The translations under genes and the position numbers were made by a program. A stretch of 61,435 bases of DNA, the filler included, from Nemertoderma westbladi (lineage: Eukaryota > Animalia > Xenacoelomorpha), in assembly GCA_032718475.1 (NCBI GenBank). It is 3 parts of 3 records of this genome, joined end to end, with 100 filler letters (N's around TTAATTAATTAA, not from the genome) between each part and the next. Parts side by side here need not be neighbours in the genome. Positions count along the whole stretch, not along the records: positions 21,801 to 50,779 come from JAUCBJ010003167.1; positions 50,880 to 61,435 come from JAUCBJ010008834.1; 1 more part is not named here. One strand, 5' to 3'. This document shows, piece after piece, positions 49,799 to 61,435 of this stretch. The notes below the pieces were generated by a model. The model was not told the origin of the DNA and did not search any database. It saw only the letters and a program-made list of their open reading frames with translations. Within the stretch, counting starts at the first letter, position 1. Every line of letters begins with the position of its first letter.

Positions 49799-50779
49799 AA
49801 ATTAATTAAATTATTTTTTTTCTAAATTTTCTCAAAATTGTATTAAACCGAGAAAGCACAAATTGGAAAAAGTCGAAAAAATCAGCATGAACTGAAAAGT
49901 TATTAGATATTTAGTGTTTGCGACATAGACGAAATGAAAGCACTTTTTGTCACCATCTCCAATAAACTATGTCTGGTTCAGATTGTCAAAGACGTCGGAC
50001 TACCTGGAGTTAGAACCCCGAAGCTGTCTACATTTCATTTTTGCTAATGTATTCGACCTTGGGAGCTAGTATGTGGGGCCCTCTTGAAATCCAAACCCAA
50101 TAAGGATCCGACAATTGTGGCGGGATGTGTTTGTTGAAATGCGGAGAAAGAGAGCTGCAAAATGTGATTCTGTAAATCATGTAAAATATGTGACCCCTCC
50201 CGCACACCGTTATGGTTGCTTTTACCAGCGCCCGAATCACTGAACTATCTATCCTGGGGCTGAGAATGTAGGCAACTAACCTTATCTTAATGAGCTTCTC
50301 TTATATCTTATCCTTAAAATAGGGGCCCTTACCATCCAACCATTCATTGCATCTAGGTCAGACCACCTTTTTTATTCCGTACACGGCTTTACAATTGGCC
50401 CTTTGCATTCCTTGCACCGCGTTTAGGTTTTGGGCTGTTAACCCAGGGTCATGCTTTTTTCGGTCGTCTGCAGTATACATGAATACCGCGTTAAACACGT
50501 GGGTGTATTATTATAGGAGTAATGTGGCGCATATTTCAAATATCTTAATTTATATAAATAATACAGTGAATGTGGTATTTAGTAAAAAGCGCAAGAATTT
50601 GCATAAATTGCATATATTATAATATAATATTTGCATTTATAAAGTCCATAATGCATTAAGTTTGTTGTGGGTTGGGGGGGGGGGGGGGGGGGGCTTGACA
50701 CAAATTCAATCGGTCGAAATATATTTGATTATTATATTATGAAGATGTTGTAATTTTCTTAATAGATTTCCTCAATGAG

Positions 50780-50879
50780 NNNNNNNNNNNNNNNNNNNNN
50801 NNNNNNNNNNNNNNNNNNNNNNNTTAATTAATTAANNNNNNNNNNNNNNNNNNNNNNNNNNNNNNNNNNNNNNNNNNNN
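50780..50879. other. Assembly gap with artificial spacer
   Basis: 44 N + TTAATTAATTAA + 44 N. Confidence 0.97.
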
Positions 50880-51837
50880 TAATCAATTTTTTTAATCAAT
50901 TAAATTTATCAATTTAATACCGGTATATCTGAATTTCAGGGTTACTTTGTTACTTTACTTACTTTATTACCGTTTTTGAGCAGTAGACCAACTGATATGG
51001 AGACCTAATGGTTGTATGGTAGGCCTACTATTTATAAATCGTTAGATTTGATTTATAATATATATATACCCGTTTTAATGGGTTTAGTCAATGTTTGAAA
51101 TAAATGTTATTATTTCTGGGGAGTAATCACTACAATAAGCGGTGCGCTTTCAGTGAAGTGTTACTTATAGGACACTAAAACAAATAATTCTAATTTACCT
51201 AAGTTACTTAATACTACAAATTACGTACAATTCGGGTGAGATTACAATCTCTAAATAAACACAAAAATTTACAAAAAACACAAAATACGAATTTTTAGGG
51301 TAATTTTACAAGAAGTCTACTAACCAGCCTAACAAAGGGTTAGAAATCTGGTTATTACAACGGACAGGGTACTACGGTATTTGAAATAATAAGTAGTAGT
51401 AAATACACTGCGTTGTCCAGATAGGAAAATACCACCGCCTGACGACCTATAGCCGTATCGCTATAGGTTCTACGTTATGTATCACGGAGTGTTCCTACCT
51501 AGAAGTTAATAGAGCTAATCGAACGTGCCTATCAACCACTTTACAACACAAATATAATGCCTACTAATTACTTTCGGAAAGCACTGTACACTAAACCCTA
51601 AACTAGGTACGAGTACTTGTATAACATATAATCTGTAGTTAAATATACTTGAACAGCTAAAAGAACCACGGCATCTGCTGGAGTGACCGATGCACAAAAT
51701 CACCAGTCTTTACCTACGCCAAGCAGCCCGTGTAGTACCGGGGTTAATTTAACTATAGCGGTATGTATAACAAACACAATTATTGTAGGAACAAACTTGG
51801 GGAATGAATGTTGCGGATAATCGCATAAACTCTGAAT

Positions 51838-52412
51838 AATAAATATTACGCTACGCGTACAAACTACTCAAACAAAATGCAGACCGAACACTGACAGACT
51901 ACTATCAAGCCTAAACAAACTACGGTATATGCAGACTCCGAAATAATTAGGTAGTATGCGTTCTAACCCAGTAGTACGACTTATTCTTTAATTGGGGGTT
52001 TACCTTACAGCATTCGCTGCCCCTACTTCCTAACCGTTCTTTATCGGACAAGTGATCTACACACGCTGCAATCCGCTCAGGCCTAACAACAGCCAGACAA
52101 CTATCCAGCCTACAAATTATCTAAATAAATATTATACGCTACCCGTACGGACTTACACAAACAAAGTACAGACTAAACGATGGCAGACTACTCTCAAGCC
52201 TAAATAAACTACAGGACATGCAGACTCTGAAATGATTAGGGAGTATGCGTTCTAACCCAGTAGTACGACTTATTCTTTAGTTGGGGGTTTACCTTACAGC
52301 ATTCGCTGCCCCTACTTCCTAACCGTACTTAATCGGACAGGTGATCTACACACACTGCAATCCGTTCGGACCTAACAGCAATCAGACAACAGCTCAGCCT
52401 ACAAATCGTCTG
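51838..52412. repeat. Two ~289-bp direct repeats, probably an LTR-element leader region on the - strand
   Basis: AGTATGCGTTCTAACCCAG at 51953 and 52242. Confidence 0.85.
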
Positions 52413-52776
52413 TACAATCTGATCAGGTTTACACACCTTCTGTTCAATACTGGCCTACAAATAAATAAAACTGACAGAAATAAGTAAGCTCCAAAAGAAA
52501 CAAGGGGTGTACAGTCCCTAATCTCTTAAACAGCCTACCGGTATACAACAATCAAATCGAATAATACTAATGTACTTATACTGGAAGTACCGGTTAGGAC
52601 AGTTGGGCCTACGGACCTACAGAAGTACCGGTTCTGGCAGTTGGACCTACGGGCCTACAGCAGTACCGGTTCTGGCAGTTGGGCCTACTGACCTACAGAT
52701 GTACCGTTCAGGTTTACCGGTTGACCGGTACTTTCAACTTTATTGCTTACTGCAATAAAGAAGCTATATCCTTTAA

Positions 52777-53445
52777 TGTTCGCGCTTTCAGACCTTTGGC
52801 AGTTTAACCCGCCAAATTAAGATGTCTTCTAGATATTAAATCGCTTTTTAGCCTATGACAAGTATTTGATTCACTACACTAGTCGAAACCAATCTGTGCG
52901 CGATCATTCACCCGCTGGATATTCCCGGGAGATTGGGTTCGACGGTTTAATTTTATTGCTATGTAAGCCTAATGTATTATTCGACTGACAGTATTATATA
53001 ATCTCTGACAATATTATTCACCTTCGGGAATATTAACAGTTCCTTTAGGACGTGGCGCTTTATTTATATAAACAGAGTTATGACTTAAACTACTCACAAC
53101 GATATGGCTTAATTATAATTCACATATATGGCGCATTCTTTAGGAAATGCTTCTTTAACAGACTCACTCGTACACAATGCTGCACAATACTGCACACTAA
53201 TCTGCCAATCTTCACTGATTTTAATCACATATAAAAGGAACACAGACTGACTCATGTAGGGTCTATCAAATAACATTAGATTCACTTCAAACCACTTTAA
53301 CATAAGTCACAATCGTTATTGGTAACCTTTCTCTCTTACCTTCGGTATATCAAGAATATTGGGTGTCGGGGTTATTTCTCGTTATTCCAATATAATAATT
53401 CATCAACAAATATAATGAATAACCGACAACAAATAGCAGTATACA
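52777..53445 (-). mobile_element. LTR-like segment, inverted diverged copy of 55763-56432
   Basis: Begins TGTTCGCGCTTTCAGACCTTT on +. Colinear reverse-complement match over ~670 bp with many substitutions. Confidence 0.8.
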
Positions 53446-54016
53446 GTATTGATTGAGCAGGTAATTTTAGCAGTTTCAGCAGTTATTAAAAGCCGTGTGT
53501 CAGCAGTGATTACGAAATTGCAGTGATTCCATGAGTTAAAGGATATATGTCCTTATAATTAAACCTACTAGTGTTGAGCTAAAAAGCAGAAAGCACAAAA
53601 CACTACAAAGCCGTGCTTTCGTGGCTTTGAAAAACTCGTGACTACTACTCTATACGAGGATACCAACTACCCTTATTCCACGAAGCTCCCGTTCAACACA
53701 GAGAAAGAGCAGTGAGATAGGAAAATTTCAGTTCAGTAGCTCTGTGATAGGTCAAAATCAAGGCTAACTCAAATTCTATTGGGAGATACAAAAACAAGGC
53801 TATGACGCAACCTTCCTAGGCTGGTTGGCCGATTAAACAGAGCCCAGATACCTGCGTACAGCAAATCAGCCAATAAGCTGGTAGCTTGCGCTATTCGAGT
53901 TATAGATCCCCTTTTAGAGTATTCAGCGACTGGGGGGGAACTGGTTAGCAAAGCAAACGAATCAGTTATCCCACAAAAGCTTTTACAGACCCCGAATACC
54001 CACAGGTTATTCTGTC

Positions 54017-55159
54017 GTGGAAGTTCAGACAGTGGGTCCGCTTGCGGAGACAGCCGCACCTACCTCAGCTATGCAATTGGAAGACGAACCAATCTGCTTA
54101 GAGTCTGAAGCGATCCAGCCTACAGCGCCCCGGAGCAGCGATAACGATTACGTCTTGGAGTGGTATCAAGGTCCACAATGTCTCACCGCATACGATTATC
54201 GACACGCCAACTATGTTTCTCGAAAACGTTGTCGATTATGCGCATCGAGAGACCATTTCACCCCTATGGACTCAGACGTACCCTGCTCCTATTTCCACGA
54301 ACAGCCGATGATGGAGATCTATTGTGCGTATTGCAGACTTAATAACTCGCATATTTTTGCAGTCTGCCCCCAATTTATGACCCAATGTCACCACTGTCAA
54401 CTTAAAGGACATGCCAGTTATAATTGCCCCTTTAACCGCGATTTAGAAAGCGTAGATGAGATGATTACCCTGCGCTACATCCGAGCTTGGGAAGCGAACG
54501 CGGATTTACATTGTGAGGCCCGCCATCGCTACTACCCTGGACGCTCTTACGAGGGAGTTTACACGTTCCATCCTTATTTATTCGCGTCTGTGGAACAAAA
54601 AACACGCACACCGAGTTACGAACTAATGAAGCGTGTTGGTGAGTGTATTTCCACCAAATTTGTTCGAAAATATCTTAGGAACATCAATCCTAATGATATT
54701 ACTTCATACCATTTGATCAATTACATCCGTCAAGACCCTGAGTATGGCGATTTATTTATCAACTCGCACCCTGAGTTACAGGAAGTATCTCGACGGCCCT
54801 ACGAATATCGAGCCCGAGAACGCGAGCTGGAAAGAACCATTAAACCAAGGAAGTTTCTCACCACTCACAGTCCGCCTACCGCCATTGTCCAGACGACCCG
54901 TCAAGGACCCGTAGGAGCTGCTGTCCTAAGACGCGCCCTAAAGGCCGTTAGACCTCGCTCCACTGAAGTTGATATCGATCAACCAGGTACCTCGACCGGC
55001 GGATACACCGATCGTAATCCTAAACCTTCTGATGCAATTGTATTGCACCCTTCACCCAGGAGTTACAGCCCTCCTAGTAAAGTGGCTCGCCCCAAAGAGA
55101 AAAGGACTCTTGCTAACCTCAAAAAACTGCGTAAACGCCGTCCGCGTAAGAAAGACTAA
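54017..55159 (+). CDS. Zinc-knuckle (CCHC-like) protein with basic C-terminus, retroelement-associated
   Basis: CRLCASRDH..C, CAYCRLNNSHIFAVC, CHHCQLKGHASYNC; C-terminal KKLRKRRPRKK. First ATG at 54071; decayed coding-like sequence upstream. Confidence 0.7.
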   Translation: MEVQTVGPLAETAAPTSAMQLEDEPICLESEAIQPTAPRSSDNDYVLEWYQGPQCLTAYDYRHANYVSRKRCRLCASRDHFTPMDSDVPCSYFHEQPMMEIYCAYCRLNNSHIFAVCPQFMTQCHHCQLKGHASYNCPFNRDLESVDEMITLRYIRAWEANADLHCEARHRYYPGRSYEGVYTFHPYLFASVEQKTRTPSYELMKRVGECISTKFVRKYLRNINPNDITSYHLINYIRQDPEYGDLFINSHPELQEVSRRPYEYRARERELERTIKPRKFLTTHSPPTAIVQTTRQGPVGAAVLRRALKAVRPRSTEVDIDQPGTSTGGYTDRNPKPSDAIVLHPSPRSYSPPSKVARPKEKRTLANLKKLRKRRPRKKD

Positions 55160-55237
55160 CTGTTTAGAGTATTTTTATATTTTAGAAACTGTGATTTGTT
55201 ATATTTTATAGACTTAAATCCCATTTTCTGGGAGCGG

Positions 55238-56432
55238 TGTAAAGGCTTTTGCGTAATTAGCCGGTTATTTTCCCCGTAAAGTACTCTGTAGTTGGTTTAA
55301 CAGGCATAAAAGGCCGTGTCCTTACTGTACTGTTGTTTTAGAGGACATAAAGCCATTTCTTCTGTATGTGTACTTTAGCGGACATGATTAGCAATTTTAT
55401 GACGCAATGCGCCAAATCCTCTGTAAATAGTGTAGCTACCATGACGACGGCTAACAGCTGATGCTGTACATGTGTAGCTTTTCTTTGTTCTCTGTGCCTT
55501 CTTTGTTCGGTCGACCAATCAGAGCGTTTTTGCCTCTGTGTTAGAGATTGTATATAGAAACTCGTGGATTTGAGTCAGTATGTGATTTTGTCCACAGCCT
55601 ACAACACCGGCGTGGAACCTCCGTGTTTCAGTCTTTAGTCCAACATTAGTAGGCTTAATTATAGAACGTATATCCGTTATCATACCTAACATACCATACT
55701 GAACTCACTTACTTAACATATCTTATACCAATTCTGCATTCATAACCATTCATACCTTAAACTTTGTACTGCTATTTACTGTCGGTTATTCATTATATTT
55801 GTTGATGGAATATTATATTTGGAATACTGATAAACAATCAGACACCCCAATCTTCTTGATATACTAAAGGTTAGAGAGACCGGATACATATAACGATTGC
55901 GACTTACATTAAGTGGTTTGAAGTGAATCTAATGCTATTTTATAGGCCCTACACGTATTGTCTGTTGTTCTCCTTATATGTGACTAAAATTAGTGAAGGT
56001 CGGCAGATTAGTGCGCAGCATTGTGCAGTATTGTGTATGATCGTGATTGATAACGAAGCATCTCCTAAAGAATGCGCCATATACGTGAATCTATAGCCAT
56101 CCCGTTGTGTCTAGTTTAAGTCATAACTCTGTTTATATATTTAGAGCGCCACGTCCTAAAGGAACTGTTAATATTTCCCGAAAGTGAATAATATTTGTCA
56201 GAGATTATATATATTACGATCAGTCGAATAATACAGTAGGCCTACCCCGCAATACGGTTAGGCTCCCGAATCCAGTCTCCCGGGTATATCCAGCGGGTGA
56301 ATGATCGCGCATAGACTGGTTTCGGCTAATGTAGTGTATCAAATACTTGTCATAGGCTAAAGAGACTATCTATCATCTAAAAGACATCCAAATTTGGCAG
56401 GTTAAACTGCTAAAGGTCTGAAAGCGCGAACA
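55238..56432 (+). mobile_element. Putative 3' LTR (~1.2 kb, TGT...ACA) preceded by a PPT-like GGGAGCGG; BEL/Pao-like
   Basis: TTTTCTGGGAGCGG|TGTAAAGG lies 78 bp after the ORF stop. Ends GCGCGAACA. Confidence 0.55.
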
Positions 56433-56989
56433 TATGTATAATATATGGTATGTATAATAATAATAATAATAGCGATAGTCAGCAGTTAGGGGCGCAGCCA
56501 CGTTCCCGAATGTGGGGGGGGGGGGGGACGAAAAAAATTTTTAGTAACAATTATTTTTAATAAAAAGTACAGTTACTGTAGTTTTACAAATCATTATATT
56601 TTCATGAAGTTTGAAACTGTGTCGTCTCCGTCATCTTTACTGGCTGGGTGAATCTGCATGCATATCTTGACCCGGGGAATTAAAGGGGAATTAAAAAATG
56701 TAATCATCAATTATTTTAGCCGTATACAGTAGTTTTTATTCTAACCAAAACAATATACTATAAATTTAGGAATTACACCTTACTGCCTTACATCAATCAG
56801 GTTGACTTATATTTCCAGTACAAAAAGTGTTCATAGGCCTATGGTGGTAATACTGTAATAAGTTAAATCAGAAAATAGGCCTATTATGTATTAACTAATA
56901 ATGACGGAGATATACTGTAAAACTACGACTGTACCGGCCACCCAGCAGCCCAGCCACCGGCTAATTGTTACTACTGTAACTGTTGCAGG

Positions 56990-58357
56990 CAGGGGATTTA
57001 CTTTTCAACGTATGCCGTACGTATCCACGTATATGCGTACGTATCCATGTATCTATACATTACAATGAGCGATTTCACATACGCGCTATGCATACGCGTA
57101 GTCGAATACTGTTTCCTGATTGGTCCAGATGAGATACGAGAGAAATGTCATGCAAAACGCTTAGGCCTCATTTAAATTAGATTCGACACAGACAGACGGA
57201 GCCCATGGGACGGTACGTACAGTATAATACTGTATTATAGGAAGAAGAATTGTAAGAAGAAAGTGAAGAAAATGTGTCACTTGCAACTGAAGGAACGCTT
57301 AAAGTAAACAAACTAAAGCGTGGGATCGATATCTGGATGTAATTTGGTCGCATTGTTAGCGTCGAATAGGGGAAATTTACTTTACAGACTTAGATAGAAC
57401 TATTGTTCACCCAATTTCGAAATCTACTGAAAGGCTGTGTTTGTTCGATAAGTTTCATCAAGCAAACAGCTAGTCGCTAACTATTGCATCGAACCTGTTT
57501 CGTACCAGAACTAAAGAAGTGTAATACACAAGTTGTCGAGCAGTTCAATCTGTCAATGGCAAATGGTGTAATTAATAAGTATAATATTCATTTTCGGAAC
57601 AAAATGAAGCCTGTCAATCACATCTTCACTTTACGCCTGATTTTAGACTACCGGAACCAACGCAACGGATCAATGACGCAGCGAAGGCCAAACTGACTGG
57701 AATTAATAACAGGAAGAAAACTGAAGCTCAACAATAATTCTATTTGTCTGTCATTAATTTAGAAATTTATTATAATAATAATTGAATTAAATGTATTTGA
57801 TCTCGTGTATGCTATATGCGTACGATATCAACCGCGTTTCTCACGTATACAGCTTTTTCGATATTTCGATGTAACATTTTTTTGTTACGGTTACGATACG
57901 AGTGTAATAATGTATATTATTATTACTGAAATTTAATAAATCGGCAGTGATCCCAACATTTACCTATTTTTAATCTCCCTTTCAAACACTTACCCATTTT
58001 TAATCTGTCATATTTACCTATTTTTAATACGGATTTTACCCCTTCTCGCATTTTCCAATAACTAATAACCATTAACTTTTCCAATGACTACAGCAATATA
58101 CTGCCTGACAGACTAATGCTGTAATGCAAAACACCACAGTACTGTAATAATAGGCCTACAGCTACAGGGACACTGTTGAGGTTGACTTGACAATAATCAT
58201 CAGGAAACGATATTCGCCTACGCGTATGTGAAATCGCTCAATGTCAGAATGTAATGTAGGCCTATAGATACGTGGATAGTGGATACGTACGCAACGCACA
58301 TACTGACATACGTGGATACCTACGGCAGTAGGGCATATGTTGAAAAATAAAACCCTG
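56990..58357 (+). mobile_element. TIR element with a decayed KDZ/HMGXB3-like transposase fragment
   Basis: CAGGG...CCCTG termini with ~110-bp imperfect inverted repeats. Internal peptides ERLCLFDKFHQAN and FVPELKKCNTQVVEQFN...MKPVNHIFTLRL (57430-57700). Confidence 0.6.
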
Positions 58358-59159
58358 CACTGCCACTGCCTGACTGCTGCAGGCAGTCTGACTGTTGTAC
58401 TCTTGTACTACTGTACTAATCCTGTGAACCAGTCTGCCAGTTGCCAGTGTATGGTACAAGTGCTGAAGTGGTAGGCCTAAAGTCTTTATTCATTCTGTAA
58501 TATTTATCAAAAGTTGGTCTTTCCATCAAGAATGGCGGCTCTATCCTGAATCCGTACCAGTGATAATCTCCTCTCCCCTGTCAACATTTTTTATCAGAAC
58601 GCTCCTAAAATTTTAACAGGCTTTGTTCAACCTATAGTGACCAACTTGGAAAACAAAAATTTCAATTTATTGCTAATACCGCTTCGCGCAGCACGTCACA
58701 AACTCAAGAGTTCTTATATTTTTTGTAAAAAATCTAATTTTAAAATGAGCGACATTTACTCAATTTTCATTAAATATAACTGAAATTCGATATACAGACA
58801 GTCCAGCATAGGTACTTAATGATGTTAAAAAAATTTGTCATGAGAGATAGTTTTTCCCTTCGTGCAGCACGTGAGAACAGGAGAAAAAATATTGTCCCAA
58901 TGTATATTTTTCATGAAGTTACGCACTTCTCCTGCAGTCCTGACTGCCTGAGGTGGACTACACACAACACATAGGCCTAAATCATATGTCCAGTACATTG
59001 TGCAATGGATATGGAGGGTATGTCTACTGCAGTACTGTAATTACTGCTGTAGCTGTACAGCATCCTCCGTACCGGCACCGGTACTGCTGTATGCCTACTG
59101 CCTACTGCTGTACTGTGTAGCCTACCATTTAAATACGGTACTGGTAGGCCTACCGGCTG

Positions 59160-59500
59160 ACCGGTTGTTTTGGTTAGAAAATCCCGCGTAGTTCAGTAGT
59201 TAGAAAATCTGTAACCTGTTCCTTTCCTTCATTTTGTAAAGTGACTGTTTATTGTTTTGGTTAGAAAAGGCCCGCCTCTGTAACCTGCTCCTTTCCTTCA
59301 TTTTGTAAAGTGACTGTTTATTGTTTTGGTTAGAAATCCCACCTCTGTAACCTGCCCCTTTCCCTCAATTAATTAAGTGATCGTTTATTGTTTTGGTTAG
59401 GAAATCCCGCCTCTGTAACCTGCTCCTTTCTCTCAATTGGTAATGTTATCGTTTATTGTTTTGGTTAGAAAATCCCGTCTCTGTAACCTGCTCCTTTCCC
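59160..59500 (-). repeat. 68-bp repeat family, ~5 copies, inverted relative to 4070-4965
   Basis: GTTTATTGTTTTGGTTAGAAAATCCCGTCTCTGTAACCTGCTCCTTTCCC. Confidence 0.93.
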
Positions 59501-59509
59501 GCAGGCAGG

Positions 59510-59778
59510 CAGGCATAGATAAATAGCAGAATGGTAATTAAACTTAAACGTATAAGTTTTTCTCCACAGGCATAAATAGCCAGAATGGTAATTAAAAGTA
59601 TAAGTCTTTCTCCACAGGCATAGATAAATAGCCAGAATGGTAAATAAAAGTATAAGTCTTTCGCCATAGGCATAGATAAATAGCCAGAATGGTAAATAAA
59701 AGTATAAGTCTTTCGCCACAGGCATAGATAAATAGCCAGAATGGTAATTAAAAGCATAAGTGTTTCACCACGGGCATA
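59510..59778 (+). repeat. 52-bp tandem repeat x ~5
   Basis: CAGGCATAGATAAATAGCCAGAATGGTAAATAAAAGTATAAGTCTTTCGCCA. Confidence 0.9.
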
Positions 59779-59833
59779 GGGAAAATCGACAAAAAAATTG
59801 CCCCCACTGGTACGGATTCAGGTCATTACCAGA

Positions 59834-61435
59834 ATGGCGTACAACTGTAGAAGTTTGTACCACTCTACTATTAACGTCATCGTCCATAATTACGCGGCGT
59901 TCCAACCAATTGTCTCGCTATATCCTCCGCCTATTGTCTTCGATGTGTACGATGAAATGTTTAAGGAAGGCCGAATTTGTCAAATGGGATTCGCGTTGGT
60001 CGATTTGCAACTGTTCAATAAACTCTTAGAGATTTCGTCTGGGCGGTGTTCGCTGCACCTGTGGTTCCAAACTCTGGTGGACCACGGAGTCCATCTCCCA
60101 ACGAATCTCAGCCGATCGTACCGTATAAAACTCGCCGAGATAGCAGACAAAAACCCTCGGTTAACGGACACTGCTTCCCGGAAGTTGGTCCGATCCGGGT
60201 TTATGTTGGCGGACTTCCTACTGGAAGCGGGTTGGTTCGAGGCGGCGCAGTACGTCCTCCAGCCCTGCGCAACGCTCGCACAATCCCTCAGCCCCCGAGC
60301 CCATCTCGACTGTATAGTCCGTCTCATCGGTGTCTTCATCGCGAACTGCCGTTACAACGAAGCCGAACAAACTATCGACTTGGCGGATGAGCTGCTGCGT
60401 TCAGCGGATCCGCCACTCGTCTACAACCTCGCGAGACTCACCATCGAGAAGTGCGCGTTGTCTTACGCACGTTCCTTGTACGATCGCGCCTTCACGACAC
60501 TGCCAGACCGCCATGTCCTGGTCTCACCTCAGATCTAAACCCCCGGGTCGTCATAGACGTATTCAGAATGGCTCTGCGAGTCTGCATCGTTAAACGTTTC
60601 TTCCCCCAGGCCGAGATGATCATCAAACAAGCCCTAATCATCGCCCTCAACGCCTTCGGACCGAACCATCCGAAGTTCGCGGATTGTCTCGTAGATTACG
60701 GCTTCTACCTCCTCAACATGGACAACGTGACCAACTCCTCCGTCGTCTACGGCAACGCGTTGCGCATCCGCAGCGCTATGTTCCCCCGGGGCCAACTTCC
60801 ACGTAGCCAAGATACACGAAGACCTTGCCTACTGTAATCTACGTGAGGAACTACAGTTCCGGCCACTTTACTGAGGCTTTGGAGCATTCCAACGCCAGTA
60901 TTGGAGCGCTCACTAAACTCCTACCGTCCGACCACCTCCTTCTCTCCTCCTCCAAACGCTGTCCGCGCGCTCATCCTCGAAGAGATCGCAATCGACGAGG
61001 ACAACGACGAACGGGGCTCCCTGCTCCTTAACGAGGCGCTCTCACTACACCTCGCTTCGCTCGATCTCTCCCGGAAAGCCTTCGGCGAACTCAACGTGCA
61101 AACGGCCCAAACACTACGGAAATCTCGGTCGTCTCTACCAATCGATGAAGCAATTCGTCGACGCAGAGAAGATGCACCTTAAAGCGATCCAGATCAAGAG
61201 CAGTTGCTAGGCAACGAGGACTACGAGGTGGCCCTGAGCGTGGGTCACCTCGCTTCGCTCTACAACTACGATCTCAGGGAGTACGACAAGGCGGAGGAGT
61301 TATACCTAAAAGCATCGCGATCGGAACCAAACTCTTCGGACCGTCGTACTCGGGTTGGAGTACGACTACCGCGGTCTCATCAGGATGTACCGGTCCGCCG
61401 GTAACGTCACGCGCGTCCTCGAGTACCACAACATC
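59834..61435 (+). pseudogene. APPBP2: Amyloid protein-binding protein 2 (PAT1) homologue, intronless, multiple frameshifts (pseudogene or assembly indels), runs off the window
   Basis: Consecutive ORFs give SLY..I..V.NY, FDVY, FQTLVDHGV, FL.EAGW, VVIDVFR, HPKFADCLVDYGFYLLNMD, HLLLSSSKR, ALILEEIAID, AFGELNVQTA, LGNEDYEVALSVGHLASLYNYD. Confidence 0.88.

Overview
AT-rich, repeat-dense invertebrate (metazoan) genomic DNA. It is made of three contigs joined by artificial 100-nt spacers (44 N + TTAATTAATTAA + 44 N at 21701-21800 and 50780-50879). Host genes: (i) four, possibly five, + strand exons of a twitchin/titin-like Ig-Fn3 gene (29464-35900); (ii) an intronless anion-type pentameric ligand-gated ion channel subunit nested antisense in one of its introns (30720-32180), which lacks the first Cys of the Cys-loop; (iii) a complete 4-exon KLF5-like gene on the - strand (37018-47955); (iv) an intronless, frameshifted APPBP2/PAT1 homologue at the right edge. 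The rest is largely mobile DNA. It includes a decayed Helitron helicase split by a TSD-flanked RTE LINE and by an 877-bp Transib/RAG-type element with RSS-like asymmetric ends, an intact PHD-APE-RT CR1/L2-type ORF2, IS3EU-like and KDZ-like transposase relics, tRNA SINEs, MITEs, back-to-back LTR-like segments around a zinc-knuckle ORF, and several satellites. Hammerhead ribozyme motifs were read by eye: a Penelope-type minimal one at ~6490 and an apparently non-circularly permuted one at ~34240-34310. All family assignments come from motif recognition without database searches.
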